From: a virus
DNA: 64,000 bases
Strand: one strand, 5' to 3'
Virus record (IMG/VR): IMGVR_UViG_2923967841_000001
The notes beneath the pieces are model-generated. The model was not told the DNA's origin. It ran no database searches and worked only from the letters and a program-made list of their open reading frames with translations. Of this stretch, positions 50,301 to 59,064 are shown in pieces. The translations under genes and the position numbers were made by a program. Each line of letters opens with the position of its first letter. Within the stretch, counting starts at the first letter, position 1.

Positions 50301-50342
50301 TTGTGGCCAGAGGCAGAATCGAACTGCCGACCCCTTGTTTTT
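50301..50342 (-). repeat. tRNA-Phe 3' fragment (att scar 2)
   Basis: 42/42 identical to 53398-53439. Confidence 0.95.
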
Positions 50343-50484
50343 TAAATAAAGGACAACCTTGTGACCTTTAGTAATTGTAACTTATTCCTAGTTAATTATC
50401 ACTCATTTGTGAGAGGCTTTAAAAAGTTTATGGAGTTTCTGGACTTGCTAAAGAGTTTTGTATTGCGAGATTAGTTTTGACATT

Positions 50485-51189
50485 TTAAATTCTTTTTTTC
50501 ACTGCTTTTTGCAATAAAAATATAACTGCTTCAAGAATAATTTTGTAGTTCATTTTAGAGGTTCCATAAAATCTATCTTGAAAAATAATCGGCACTTCTT
50601 TAATTTTGTAATTATTTTCTTCTATAAAATTTGTTATTTCTACTAGAAAAGCATACCCGTTTAATTTTGGGTTATAGTTTATTATTTCATCAACTACTTT
50701 TTTATTCAACAATCTAAAACCACTTGTTTGATCTTTAATTTCAGATTTAAAAACTAACCCACAAAGCTTGTTCGCATATTTTGATAAATACTGCCTTCTT
50801 TTAGGCCAACCACTTGTGCCGCCACTAGGAACATACCTACTTCCAATTACTAAATCATAATTATTTTTTTCATTGATCAATTTTGTCAAATCTTCGAATC
50901 TATGAGAAAAATCAGTATCCATTTGTACAAAATGATAATAATTATTTTTAATACCCCACTTATAACCTTCAATTATCGCTGATCCATAACCAAGCTTTCC
51001 AGATCTTTTTAGAATTTTAACCGAATCGCGACTTTGCATATTTTTTTCAACAATTGTTGCTGTACCATCAGGTGAATTGTCATCGACAATTAACAGATGA
51101 ATCTCTTTAAAGCTATCTGTAGACTCTATAAATTTTTGGATATTTTCTGATTCGTTATAAGTAGGGGTAATTAATAAAATTTTTTCCAT
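50485..51189 (-). CDS. Polyprenol-monophosphomannose synthase-like GT2 (Ppm1/DPM1/GtrB-like)
   Basis: PTYNESENI, VDDNSPDGT, KLGYGSA, QMDTDFSH, GSRYVPSG, DQTSGFR, EVPIIFQDR. Confidence 0.88.
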   Translation of the reverse strand: MEKILLITPTYNESENIQKFIESTDSFKEIHLLIVDDNSPDGTATIVEKNMQSRDSVKILKRSGKLGYGSAIIEGYKWGIKNNYYHFVQMDTDFSHRFEDLTKLINEKNNYDLVIGSRYVPSGGTSGWPKRRQYLSKYANKLCGLVFKSEIKDQTSGFRLLNKKVVDEIINYNPKLNGYAFLVEITNFIEENNYKIKEVPIIFQDRFYGTSKMNYKIILEAVIFLLQKAVKKRI

Positions 51190-51193
51190 TCTA

Positions 51194-52369
51194 TTAACCC
51201 AACGCAGATTGTAATGTTAATTGGATACTTTTTAGGACTCTATAATAATTTGAAGAAACTGTAGTTCCTCTCATTTCCAAACAACATTCTGGCATAATTG
51301 TCAACAACGAGACCAAGATAAATGCTCCTATTGCTAAAGACCAAGTTTTATTATTGTTTATTTTGTTACTTAAAATTAAGAAACTAAAAAAACATAAATG
51401 AAATAAAGAAAAAATCCACCTTCCCCAATCAAAACCAACAATAAATAAAATTGGAATTACTATAAAGTATTTTTCCTTTAATAAAAAATCTTTTACTGTA
51501 ATAAAACTAAGGTTCAGTTTGTTTAGTTCAATTTTAAATATTGCTATAAAAGTCCATATAAATATTGCAAAATAAAATGACCACAAAAACATAGACCCTG
51601 AAAAAATTAAGACTTGTGTAGTTTTAAAAAAAGAGTCGAATAAAGACCAGCCTATTGCAGTTATAGCATTCGGTTCTATACTTATTTGGCTTCTATCAAA
51701 TTCACTAAGACTACTCCATATTATATTTGATGCAGCATCATTTCCTGCACTTAAAATTACGCCTGTAAAAGCCAGCAGAATAATTGCTGAATAAGTTTTT
51801 ATATAATATTTAGAAAAAGAAGTTTTTTTCTTAAGAATTAAAACGATAAACGCTATTGTAATCATAGCAATTCCCTCATGAATTAGGATCATCAAAATAG
51901 AGAGTGTCACAGTAGTAATAAAAGTTATATTGGTTTTTATGTTAATTTTGATAATTAACAATGTAATCATAAATAAATTCAGCACAAACATTTCTTTTCT
52001 GTGGTAGTACTGATTGAACATGGTTATGTTAAATATTCCAAAGATACTTATTAAGTAAAGCAAATGTTGTAAAGGAGTTAATTTGGAAATTTTTATATGT
52101 GCATAAGAAAGCAGAGTAAAAATAATAAAATTTATGAACAGAAAAATATTTACAGTGTCAAACAAAATTAAATCAGAATCTATTAAAGTAATTAATTCTC
52201 CTAAAAAACCTCTTCGTGTAAAAAGCCCTGGGTAGGAAATTATTAGTTCTGAATAAGACCAAGGCGAGTATTCTAAAGTATCTGATAATATTGTTTTTTT
52301 TGCAACCTGTGCAATCGAAAAAAAATACAATAACAAGTTTATAAGATTAGTTGTTTTCTTTAATTTCAT
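51194..52369 (-). CDS. Polytopic membrane protein, possible GT-C acceptor-side transferase
   Basis: About 10 TM segments; FTRRGFLGE, RKE, IHEG, FDWGRW; ends 4 bp before the polyprenol-P-sugar synthase. Confidence 0.5.
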   Translation of the reverse strand: MKLKKTTNLINLLLYFFSIAQVAKKTILSDTLEYSPWSYSELIISYPGLFTRRGFLGELITLIDSDLILFDTVNIFLFINFIIFTLLSYAHIKISKLTPLQHLLYLISIFGIFNITMFNQYYHRKEMFVLNLFMITLLIIKINIKTNITFITTVTLSILMILIHEGIAMITIAFIVLILKKKTSFSKYYIKTYSAIILLAFTGVILSAGNDAASNIIWSSLSEFDRSQISIEPNAITAIGWSLFDSFFKTTQVLIFSGSMFLWSFYFAIFIWTFIAIFKIELNKLNLSFITVKDFLLKEKYFIVIPILFIVGFDWGRWIFSLFHLCFFSFLILSNKINNNKTWSLAIGAFILVSLLTIMPECCLEMRGTTVSSNYYRVLKSIQLTLQSALG

Positions 52370-52419
52370 ATTGATTAGTCTAGTTCAGCTTTTGGGTTTT
52401 TATTTTGATAAACCATAGC

Positions 52420-52469
52420 TTGTGGCCAGAGGCAGAATCGAACTGCCGACCCCTTGTTTTTCAGACAAG
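52420..52469 (-). repeat. tRNA-Phe 3' fragment (att scar 1)
   Basis: 50/50 identical to 53398-53447. Confidence 0.97.
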
Positions 52470-52585
52470 GGCAAACCTTATGACCTTGTATCAGTTTAGG
52501 TTATTCTATTTGATTTTACGCTCGTTATAGACAGGCTCTCAATGATAGCTCGTATAGAACGAAACACTATTCAATAGTGAGCGTG

Positions 52586-53347
52586 TTAAAGTTTTTTTAA
52601 TACAACCGAGTAATGATGATATAAAATTTCATAAGTCCCTTTATTTTCTTCAAGGTAATCAAGAACGTATCTACCATTTCCGGGTATAAAATCTAAGTTA
52701 TTTTTTTCATTAGTTCCCCACAACTCAAAGTTATTTGGAGTGTCGTCAATAGCAACAATTGTTCCTTTTTTAACATGTGCATCAACCAATAAGAATTCTT
52801 TTAGTACATGATTCTGGGCTGAGTGGGGAAACTTTAAATCAATTGGAACACTATCTAAAAATACAATATCTAATTTACTTAAATAACTTGGTTCTAGTTT
52901 TTCAATGTAATCTACTGAATCATAAGTATGAAACTTTACATTTTTATTCTCAATAAATTCATAAAAAGATTTTATATCTGGGTTTATGTCGACTGTATTA
53001 AACGAACCACCAAATTTAATAACATAACCTGCAAACAGCATTGAACTTTTTGAACCATGAGCAGCACTACCAGTTTCTAGAATATTAAGGCTTTTACCCG
53101 AAAAGTGATTTAAAACTAAAGTAAACATATCTCTATTAATATGAGACAACACACTATATGTGTCAAAATGAAAATAAATTAATTCTTCTATAGATTTAAC
53201 TTTTTTTATATTTTCAATTAAGAATTGATTTGTATTAATTTTTTTTAATTTTCTTTTATTGAAATAAGTATTTTTTTTAATTAAACAAAATTTAATAATA
53301 ATTTTTAACTGTGTTTTGATTTTCAATGGAATTAATTTTTTAATCAT
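52586..53347 (-). CDS. Class I SAM-dependent methyltransferase-like protein
   Basis: ILETGSA, TVDIN, DSVDYI, VFLDS, EFL, VAIDDT. Confidence 0.65.
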   Translation of the reverse strand: MIKKLIPLKIKTQLKIIIKFCLIKKNTYFNKRKLKKINTNQFLIENIKKVKSIEELIYFHFDTYSVLSHINRDMFTLVLNHFSGKSLNILETGSAAHGSKSSMLFAGYVIKFGGSFNTVDINPDIKSFYEFIENKNVKFHTYDSVDYIEKLEPSYLSKLDIVFLDSVPIDLKFPHSAQNHVLKEFLLVDAHVKKGTIVAIDDTPNNFELWGTNEKNNLDFIPGNGRYVLDYLEENKGTYEILYHHYSVVLKKL

Positions 53348-53400
53348 CGTTTAAATTTTAGTCTTCAAAATAGCTTTATCTATTTGATAAAAATTAATTG

Positions 53401-53473
53401 TGGCCAGAGGCAGAATCGAACTGCCGACCCCTTGTTTTTCAGACAAGTGCTCTACCGACTGAGCTATCTGGCC
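53401..53473 (-). tRNA. trnF: tRNA-Phe(GAA)
   Basis: Reverse complement GGCCAGA...TCTGGCCA; anticodon arm CTTGT-CTGAAAA-ACAAG; T-loop GTTCGATTC. Confidence 0.97.
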
Positions 53474-53479
53474 TTAAAG

Positions 53480-53554
53480 CGGGGACGACGGGATTCGAAC
53501 CCGCGACCTCCTGCGTGACAGGCAGGCGTGAACTCCAGACTTCACCACGCCCCC
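53480..53554 (-). tRNA. trnD: tRNA-Asp(GTC)
   Basis: Reverse complement GGGGGCG...CGTCCCCG; anticodon arm CCTGC-CTGTCAC-GCAGG; GTTCGAATC. Confidence 0.95.
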
Positions 53555-53564
53555 GTAAAATATG

Positions 53565-53570
53565 AGTATA
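53565..53570 (-). promoter_or_regulatory. Candidate -10 element (TATACT) for the Asp-Phe tRNA operon
   Basis: TATACT on the minus strand 10 nt upstream of the tRNA-Asp 5' end; no convincing -35; chance matches are likely in AT-rich DNA. Confidence 0.35.
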
Positions 53571-53620
53571 ACTTAAAATAAATTAAACAGTTTATTAAAT
53601 TACCTAATATCATATAAGTA

Positions 53621-55057
53621 GTGAAATTAAAAAATATACTTAAATATTTAATCAGATTTTTGTTTTTACAGACATTGATTAGTTTTGTGACTATTTGGTA
53701 CTTTGACAAATTTATATTCATAAGCGCTGAACATAAATTTGAGATTTATTTGAATTTAGTTGAGGACCAATCTAGGTTTTATAGTTTCATACCTTTAAGC
53801 TGGATTACAATTGACGCATTAATTATATTTTTAATAACAATATTTTTGATAATTTTATACACAACTAAATTTTATACATATGTAAATGAATTAGATTTTT
53901 CCTACGAAAACAAATTTATTGATGATTACCTAATGCTATATTTGATGTGGAATAGCTTTATTTTTTCTTCATTATATGTTTTTAGAATTACAGGACTATC
54001 CAGAGCAAATTTAATAATTTTTTCGTTTATTGTACCTTTGATATTACTTATATTTAGAAACAGTGAGATTATTTCGCTTCTTCTAGGAAGGTCTATAACA
54101 AAAGAAAACTTTATAGCATTTAATTTGGACGAGCTTTCAAATTTTTTAAATTTAAGAATAATTGCATATCGAAATCAAAAACAACTAATTAATTGTGATG
54201 AAATTAATTTAGCTACGGTTGTAGAAGAAGAGGTTAATAAACTTAACAAATTAATAAATCTCAACTTAATAATCCTAAGACTGAAGGATACAAATAAACT
54301 CAAAAGTAGTTTTGAGAACTATTTAATTAACTTGAATAAAAAAGTCTTAATTATTTCCGATAATAAGCTTAAATTTGGAAAAAACTTTATATACAGAGCT
54401 ACAAACATTGATTCAAAATATCTATATTACTTTAATAATGACATACAGTATGGTGCTAAATTTATCCTTAAAAGAGTTCTAGATATTACAATTTCAACTC
54501 TTTTGTTAATATTTCTTCTCCCTGTATTGCTATTTATTTCTTTATTAATAATTTATTATGGCTCTACGCCTTTTCTTGTAAGACAATCCAGGGTTGGTCT
54601 ACATGGTAAGAAATTTAAAATGTATAAGTTTAAGACAATGTTTAATGATTCTCATCACAAAAGAGGAGATTTAAAAGAACTTAACAAAAAAGGGGGGCCT
54701 CTTTTTAAGCTTGATGAAGATCCTAGAATAATTAAAAATCTAAGTTTTTTAAGAAAATTCAGTCTAGACGAACTTCCGCAATTATTTAATGTAATCAAAG
54801 GTGAGATGTCTCTTGTTGGGCCCAGACCTTTATTTGAAGAAGATAACGAATATTTTGATAAAAATTATATGAGAAGATTAAATGTCTTACCGGGCATGAC
54901 GGGACTTTTACAAATTAATGAGAGAAATACCGATGACTTTGAAGTCTGGTATAAATATGACATTGAATATATTGAAAATTGGAATTTATATTTAGACATA
55001 AAGATACTTCTGAAGACATTTAATGCTTTAAAACGTAACAATACCACTGGAAAATAA
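53621..55057 (+). CDS. Polyprenyl-phosphate sugar-1-phosphate (priming) transferase, WcaJ/WbaP/CpsE family
   Basis: N-terminal TMs; KRVLDI, FKMYKFKTM, DPRI, LRKFSLDELPQLFNVIKGEMSLVGPRP, PGMTGLLQ, LDIKILLKT. Confidence 0.92.
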   Translation: MKLKNILKYLIRFLFLQTLISFVTIWYFDKFIFISAEHKFEIYLNLVEDQSRFYSFIPLSWITIDALIIFLITIFLIILYTTKFYTYVNELDFSYENKFIDDYLMLYLMWNSFIFSSLYVFRITGLSRANLIIFSFIVPLILLIFRNSEIISLLLGRSITKENFIAFNLDELSNFLNLRIIAYRNQKQLINCDEINLATVVEEEVNKLNKLINLNLIILRLKDTNKLKSSFENYLINLNKKVLIISDNKLKFGKNFIYRATNIDSKYLYYFNNDIQYGAKFILKRVLDITISTLLLIFLLPVLLFISLLIIYYGSTPFLVRQSRVGLHGKKFKMYKFKTMFNDSHHKRGDLKELNKKGGPLFKLDEDPRIIKNLSFLRKFSLDELPQLFNVIKGEMSLVGPRPLFEEDNEYFDKNYMRRLNVLPGMTGLLQINERNTDDFEVWYKYDIEYIENWNLYLDIKILLKTFNALKRNNTTGK

Positions 55058-55067
55058 ATTAATAGAT

Positions 55068-56729
55068 ATGAAGAGTAGATTGTTTAAATTAAAAATTTTT
55101 TTATACCAAAATAAATTAACCTCATTAAATTTTTTAATTTTAATTATTGGTATTTTATGGCTTAAGGAAGTCAACTATCTTTACTATGACTCTCTTGAAA
55201 GCCCTGACATCTATAAATATATTATTTATTTTGATCACTTTTTTAATGAACAAGCAACCAATAAAGAACACGGGCTAATGTATTACTATTTACACTCTCT
55301 TAACTATTCTTTTTTATATTCCGACTTTAATAATTTTGATTTTTTTATTCATAAATCTATTCAAGAAGTTAATTTTTATATTTTTCTTTTTGGACTTTTT
55401 GGATACTATTTTTTACTTAGATATTTAGATTTTTCATTAAATGTAATTTTTCCTACTTTAATGTTTGTTAACTTTTTTCCCCCTTCTATTTCAATGCGCT
55501 TAGTGTACAAACCAGAAATACTAGCATTTGCATTATTGCCTTGGATAATTTATTTACTTGAGCAATTTTTAAAATCCAAAAATATAACAAATTTAATTTT
55601 ATCCATACCCTTTGTTGTTACAGTTCTTACAATTAAAGGAAATGTACTAGTAATTATTTCAATATATTTATTTTTTAGTTACTTCAAAATATTTCTGCTT
55701 GTCCCAAAAAAGAAACTAGCTTTACTGTTTTTAGTCAGTTTAATATCTTTTACTGCTTTGAGCATGGAAAATAATACTGCGAACGGGAAATCAATATTAG
55801 ATATTCAGAGTGGTTCTGCCATAGAAGAAAATTATAACTTTAAAGCTCCTTATTCTGTAATTTACAAAACAGACATGTATGGACTCATCTCAAGCCCGAT
55901 AAAACACGATCATGCAGAGTCGTTCTTAGGCATTACCTTGCTTGAAACTAGCGGTGATTACTTTGACCTATATTGGGATAATGATGCATCTAATTTTTTT
56001 AAAGATAGAAAACAAATATTTTCTTTTGCACAGTCTAATGAAATTAAAGGTCCTGAACTTAATCCAACAAATTCTGGAATTATAGTTTACCAACAAAGAA
56101 TGACCGATGTTTATTTATATGAAGCAATTGGTCTACTATTATCAATATTTCTTTTTTACTCTTTGTTAGTCAGTAGTATAAAAAAAACCAAATATAGAAA
56201 ATTTTTACTTGCATCATTTGTAGGTATGGGAGTCTTATTATTTCACTCAATTACTGGAATACCAAAAAATAATTTTGATCCTTTAGTAGGTGATACCTTT
56301 AAGCCTTTGTATTATTCTTTTGTATTAATCTTTAGCTTCACTATTTTGATAGCAACCATACTATCTGAAAAGTATAAAAAAATTTTTAATCTGGCTATTT
56401 ACATAATATTAATCATATTTATATTAGGCTTTCCAAAAAACAATGAATTTGTGCCAGACATAAATATGATTCAAAAAATTCAGTCATCTATGTTTTGCCC
56501 AATCGAAAAACTTATATATTTAGATAATCAAGATTTCAATTCAGTTAAATGTGAGCTCAATAATCTTTCCGAAAATACGAATAAAGAAAATAGTTTGTAT
56601 TTAAATAAAATACAACACAAGCCTATTAACTTTTTGTTTATTACTCTAAATCTTCTTACGGCACTTTATATAGTTTTTAAAAAAAAACTATTTAAAAATA
56701 GAAGACTTGTCTCTATTGTTAAAGAGTAA
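55068..56729 (+). CDS. Polytopic membrane protein (GT-C-like, uncertain)
   Basis: SPDIYKY acidic loop after TM1, YKPEILAF, many TM segments and one large extracytoplasmic loop. Confidence 0.5.
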   Translation: MKSRLFKLKIFLYQNKLTSLNFLILIIGILWLKEVNYLYYDSLESPDIYKYIIYFDHFFNEQATNKEHGLMYYYLHSLNYSFLYSDFNNFDFFIHKSIQEVNFYIFLFGLFGYYFLLRYLDFSLNVIFPTLMFVNFFPPSISMRLVYKPEILAFALLPWIIYLLEQFLKSKNITNLILSIPFVVTVLTIKGNVLVIISIYLFFSYFKIFLLVPKKKLALLFLVSLISFTALSMENNTANGKSILDIQSGSAIEENYNFKAPYSVIYKTDMYGLISSPIKHDHAESFLGITLLETSGDYFDLYWDNDASNFFKDRKQIFSFAQSNEIKGPELNPTNSGIIVYQQRMTDVYLYEAIGLLLSIFLFYSLLVSSIKKTKYRKFLLASFVGMGVLLFHSITGIPKNNFDPLVGDTFKPLYYSFVLIFSFTILIATILSEKYKKIFNLAIYIILIIFILGFPKNNEFVPDINMIQKIQSSMFCPIEKLIYLDNQDFNSVKCELNNLSENTNKENSLYLNKIQHKPINFLFITLNLLTALYIVFKKKLFKNRRLVSIVKE

Positions 56730-58625
56730 AAAGAGAACGCTGTAAAACACGAAAACAACAAGATAGTTTACAGAGTCGTTTTTAAAAATATTTATAACCA
56801 TGTAAGAAGAGAAAAGAAGAAACTCATAATTTCTTTTATTCTTAATTAAATTAAATAAAAATACAATTATTAAAATTGTCAAAGGCACTAATCCAACAAA
56901 TACAATTAATGACAGCAAAGAAGAGTGCGGAAGCAAAAAAGATTCAGGATTATTAATAATAATTTCTCCATATAATTGACCAAAGTTCAAAGGCCCTGAC
57001 CCGAATAATAATTCCATAAAAGTAGGGTTATATCTTGTAAAGAAGAGACCCCACATTTCTGATCTGTTTAGAAAAAACCCTACCATGCTAAAAAAGCCAA
57101 ATAGGGCTCTAAATATTGGGCTTGTTTCTTGTCCAGTATTTATTAGTCTTAAGTAACTTGAATAAATACTGTCATATTGAAAAACTGATGACTGAGAAAT
57201 AATTGAATTGCTAGCAAATTCATACGAAGCTCCGCTAAATATAAATACCAGAAATGATGAAAAGATAATAATTGTAAAGATAAGTAAATATTTGTAATTC
57301 ACTATTTCTTTAAAAAAAGTAATATAAATATAAAAAAGTGTCACAAAAAACACAAGAACTATTGCAGTTTTGTTATCTGAAAAATAAAGCCCTAAAGAAG
57401 ATGAAAAAATACCTAAGTATTCTACAGATCTAATTTTTGCTCTTTTTATAATCCAAAATAATAAAACTATAAGGACTAATCCAAAAAACTCTCCAATAGT
57501 TTCAGAGCTTGGAAATATGCCCCGCCAAGAAATTTTAACTCCAAATTCATCAAATGCAAAAGGTGTGTTGGATTCGACTCCATATCTCTGAAGTCCCAAA
57601 AAGTAATAATTTAAGAAGCTTAGTAATGGAACATTCGCACTAATTATTCCGAAAAACAATACAAGAAACGAACTTAAAGATAGGTTTTTAACAAATATAT
57701 CTGGCTTGAAGTATTTTTTATTATCAATATAAAATTTATATACTCCTTTTAAAAGAAAAAATATAAATAGGATCCAATAAAAATTTGCATTAAATTCATA
57801 AACACTGCTTGTAAAACCTCTTAATTTTCCAACATTAAAAGAGAAGCTACCATTTGAATTAATCAACCACCAAATTGCAAGAAAAACATATATAAAGTTA
57901 AATTTTGAGTTACCTTCACCATTGAAGTAAGAAATAAATCCAAGGTAAATAAATATAGTCGACAAAAGAGAAAAATTAAATCCACTAAATATAAATGTAA
58001 ACAAATAAATAAATGGAATATAATTAATTAATTTTTCTGATCGTTCCTCATATATATCAATCAAGTTTTTCGAAATTAAAAAATAAGTGAAAAATATTAA
58101 CAAATAAGAACTTAAATTAGTGAAATCAAATTCATATAGATTATTTTCGTAATAACGAGACTCGCCATAAATAGAGTATGCGAACAAATAACAAAGCATC
58201 AAAATTGAAAAATTCTTAAATTTATAACCTGATGCAAGTAGTTTTCTATTTTTTGGAACTAATGAAAAAATAAATACCCACAATAATCCTTGAAATAATA
58301 AATTAATCAAAGAGTTAGTTCCAATAGATATAATGAATTGTGTCTCTAATTCCTTTTGCATTACAGTTACGCCCGCAATCCTTCCAAAACATTGCATAGG
58401 AGATTTGTCATTTGGCCTAAAATAGTAATGATTTTGATAAATACTCTCGATATTATTTCCTATAAACTGAACAAGTGAAATTTTGCATGGATTGATTTCG
58501 TAAAATGATATATCCTCTTGGCTTACTTTTGAAATTGAATATTCATTTTGAATGTCAGTATTGAACCACGGAAGTAAAATTAAAAATATAACAAAAAAAT
58601 AAAAAATAAATTTCTTTTTAATCAA
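56688..58625 (-). CDS. Large membrane protein with an O-antigen ligase/polymerase-like C-terminal region
   Basis: RGIFPSSETIGE, SDNKTAI, NRSEMW, FGSGP, PHSSLLSLIVFVG. Confidence 0.6.
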   Translation of the reverse strand: MIKKKFIFYFFVIFLILLPWFNTDIQNEYSISKVSQEDISFYEINPCKISLVQFIGNNIESIYQNHYYFRPNDKSPMQCFGRIAGVTVMQKELETQFIISIGTNSLINLLFQGLLWVFIFSLVPKNRKLLASGYKFKNFSILMLCYLFAYSIYGESRYYENNLYEFDFTNLSSYLLIFFTYFLISKNLIDIYEERSEKLINYIPFIYLFTFIFSGFNFSLLSTIFIYLGFISYFNGEGNSKFNFIYVFLAIWWLINSNGSFSFNVGKLRGFTSSVYEFNANFYWILFIFFLLKGVYKFYIDNKKYFKPDIFVKNLSLSSFLVLFFGIISANVPLLSFLNYYFLGLQRYGVESNTPFAFDEFGVKISWRGIFPSSETIGEFFGLVLIVLLFWIIKRAKIRSVEYLGIFSSSLGLYFSDNKTAIVLVFFVTLFYIYITFFKEIVNYKYLLIFTIIIFSSFLVFIFSGASYEFASNSIISQSSVFQYDSIYSSYLRLINTGQETSPIFRALFGFFSMVGFFLNRSEMWGLFFTRYNPTFMELLFGSGPLNFGQLYGEIIINNPESFLLPHSSLLSLIVFVGLVPLTILIIVFLFNLIKNKRNYEFLLFSSYMVINIFKNDSVNYLVVFVFYSVLFLLFNNRDKSSIFK

Positions 58626-58930
58626 TTTTGAAAATACTCTTTAATTTTTGGTTTTAAAAATGAAATAATGATTCCAAAAACTATTAAATAAAGAAACAAC
58701 TCTTGTTGGAAAAGTTCTTCATTTTTTAAAGGTGAAAATCCCCAACCCCCAGATACATAGTGCTCGCATTCAATAAAAGAGTTTACAAAAACTTTATTAC
58801 CTTCAGAATCAAATAGTTGCCTAGAGGGGTATCCTGGATCACTAACAAATACATAACTTGGGTCACTAGAGATGTTGAGTTTTTCAAATCCTTCCGGATA
58901 ATTACCACAAATTTGCTCTACTATTGACAT
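58622..58930 (-). CDS. Small hypothetical protein with a C-terminal TM segment
   Basis: 102-aa ORF overlapping the next start by 4 nt; two Cys; hydrophobic C-terminus. Confidence 0.6.
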   Translation of the reverse strand: MSIVEQICGNYPEGFEKLNISSDPSYVFVSDPGYPSRQLFDSEGNKVFVNSFIECEHYVSGGWGFSPLKNEELFQQELFLYLIVFGIIISFLKPKIKEYFQN

Positions 58931-58991
58931 TTAATGACCACTCAAATTCTAATTAATTATTACGAATACTTTAGTAATAAAAGGATTTAAG

Positions 58992-59064
58992 TGGGTCGGG
59001 TGGGAATCGAACCCACGACCTTGAGCTTAAAAGGCTCCTGCTCTGCCGATTGAGCTACCGACCC
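58992..59064 (-). tRNA. trnK: tRNA-Lys(TTT)
   Basis: Reverse complement GGGTCGG...CCGACCCA; anticodon loop CTTTTAA; GTTCGATTC. Confidence 0.95.

Larger units (their letters stand above)
50301..52419. mobile_element. tRNA-Phe cassette B (two ORFs)
   Basis: Bounded by tRNA-Phe fragments at 50301 and 52420; arm-like module at 50351-50420; no integrase. Confidence 0.7.
52420..53397. mobile_element. tRNA-Phe cassette A (one ORF; closest to the intact tRNA)
   Basis: Between the intact tRNA-Phe and the 50-bp duplication; arm-like module at 52470-52539; no integrase. Confidence 0.75.

Noticed and set aside
52565-52579. Perfect palindrome CACTATT-C-AATAGTG in cassette A
   Set aside because: No counterpart in cassettes B or C; it could be a terminator or a binding site, but a single AT-rich instance is not enough.
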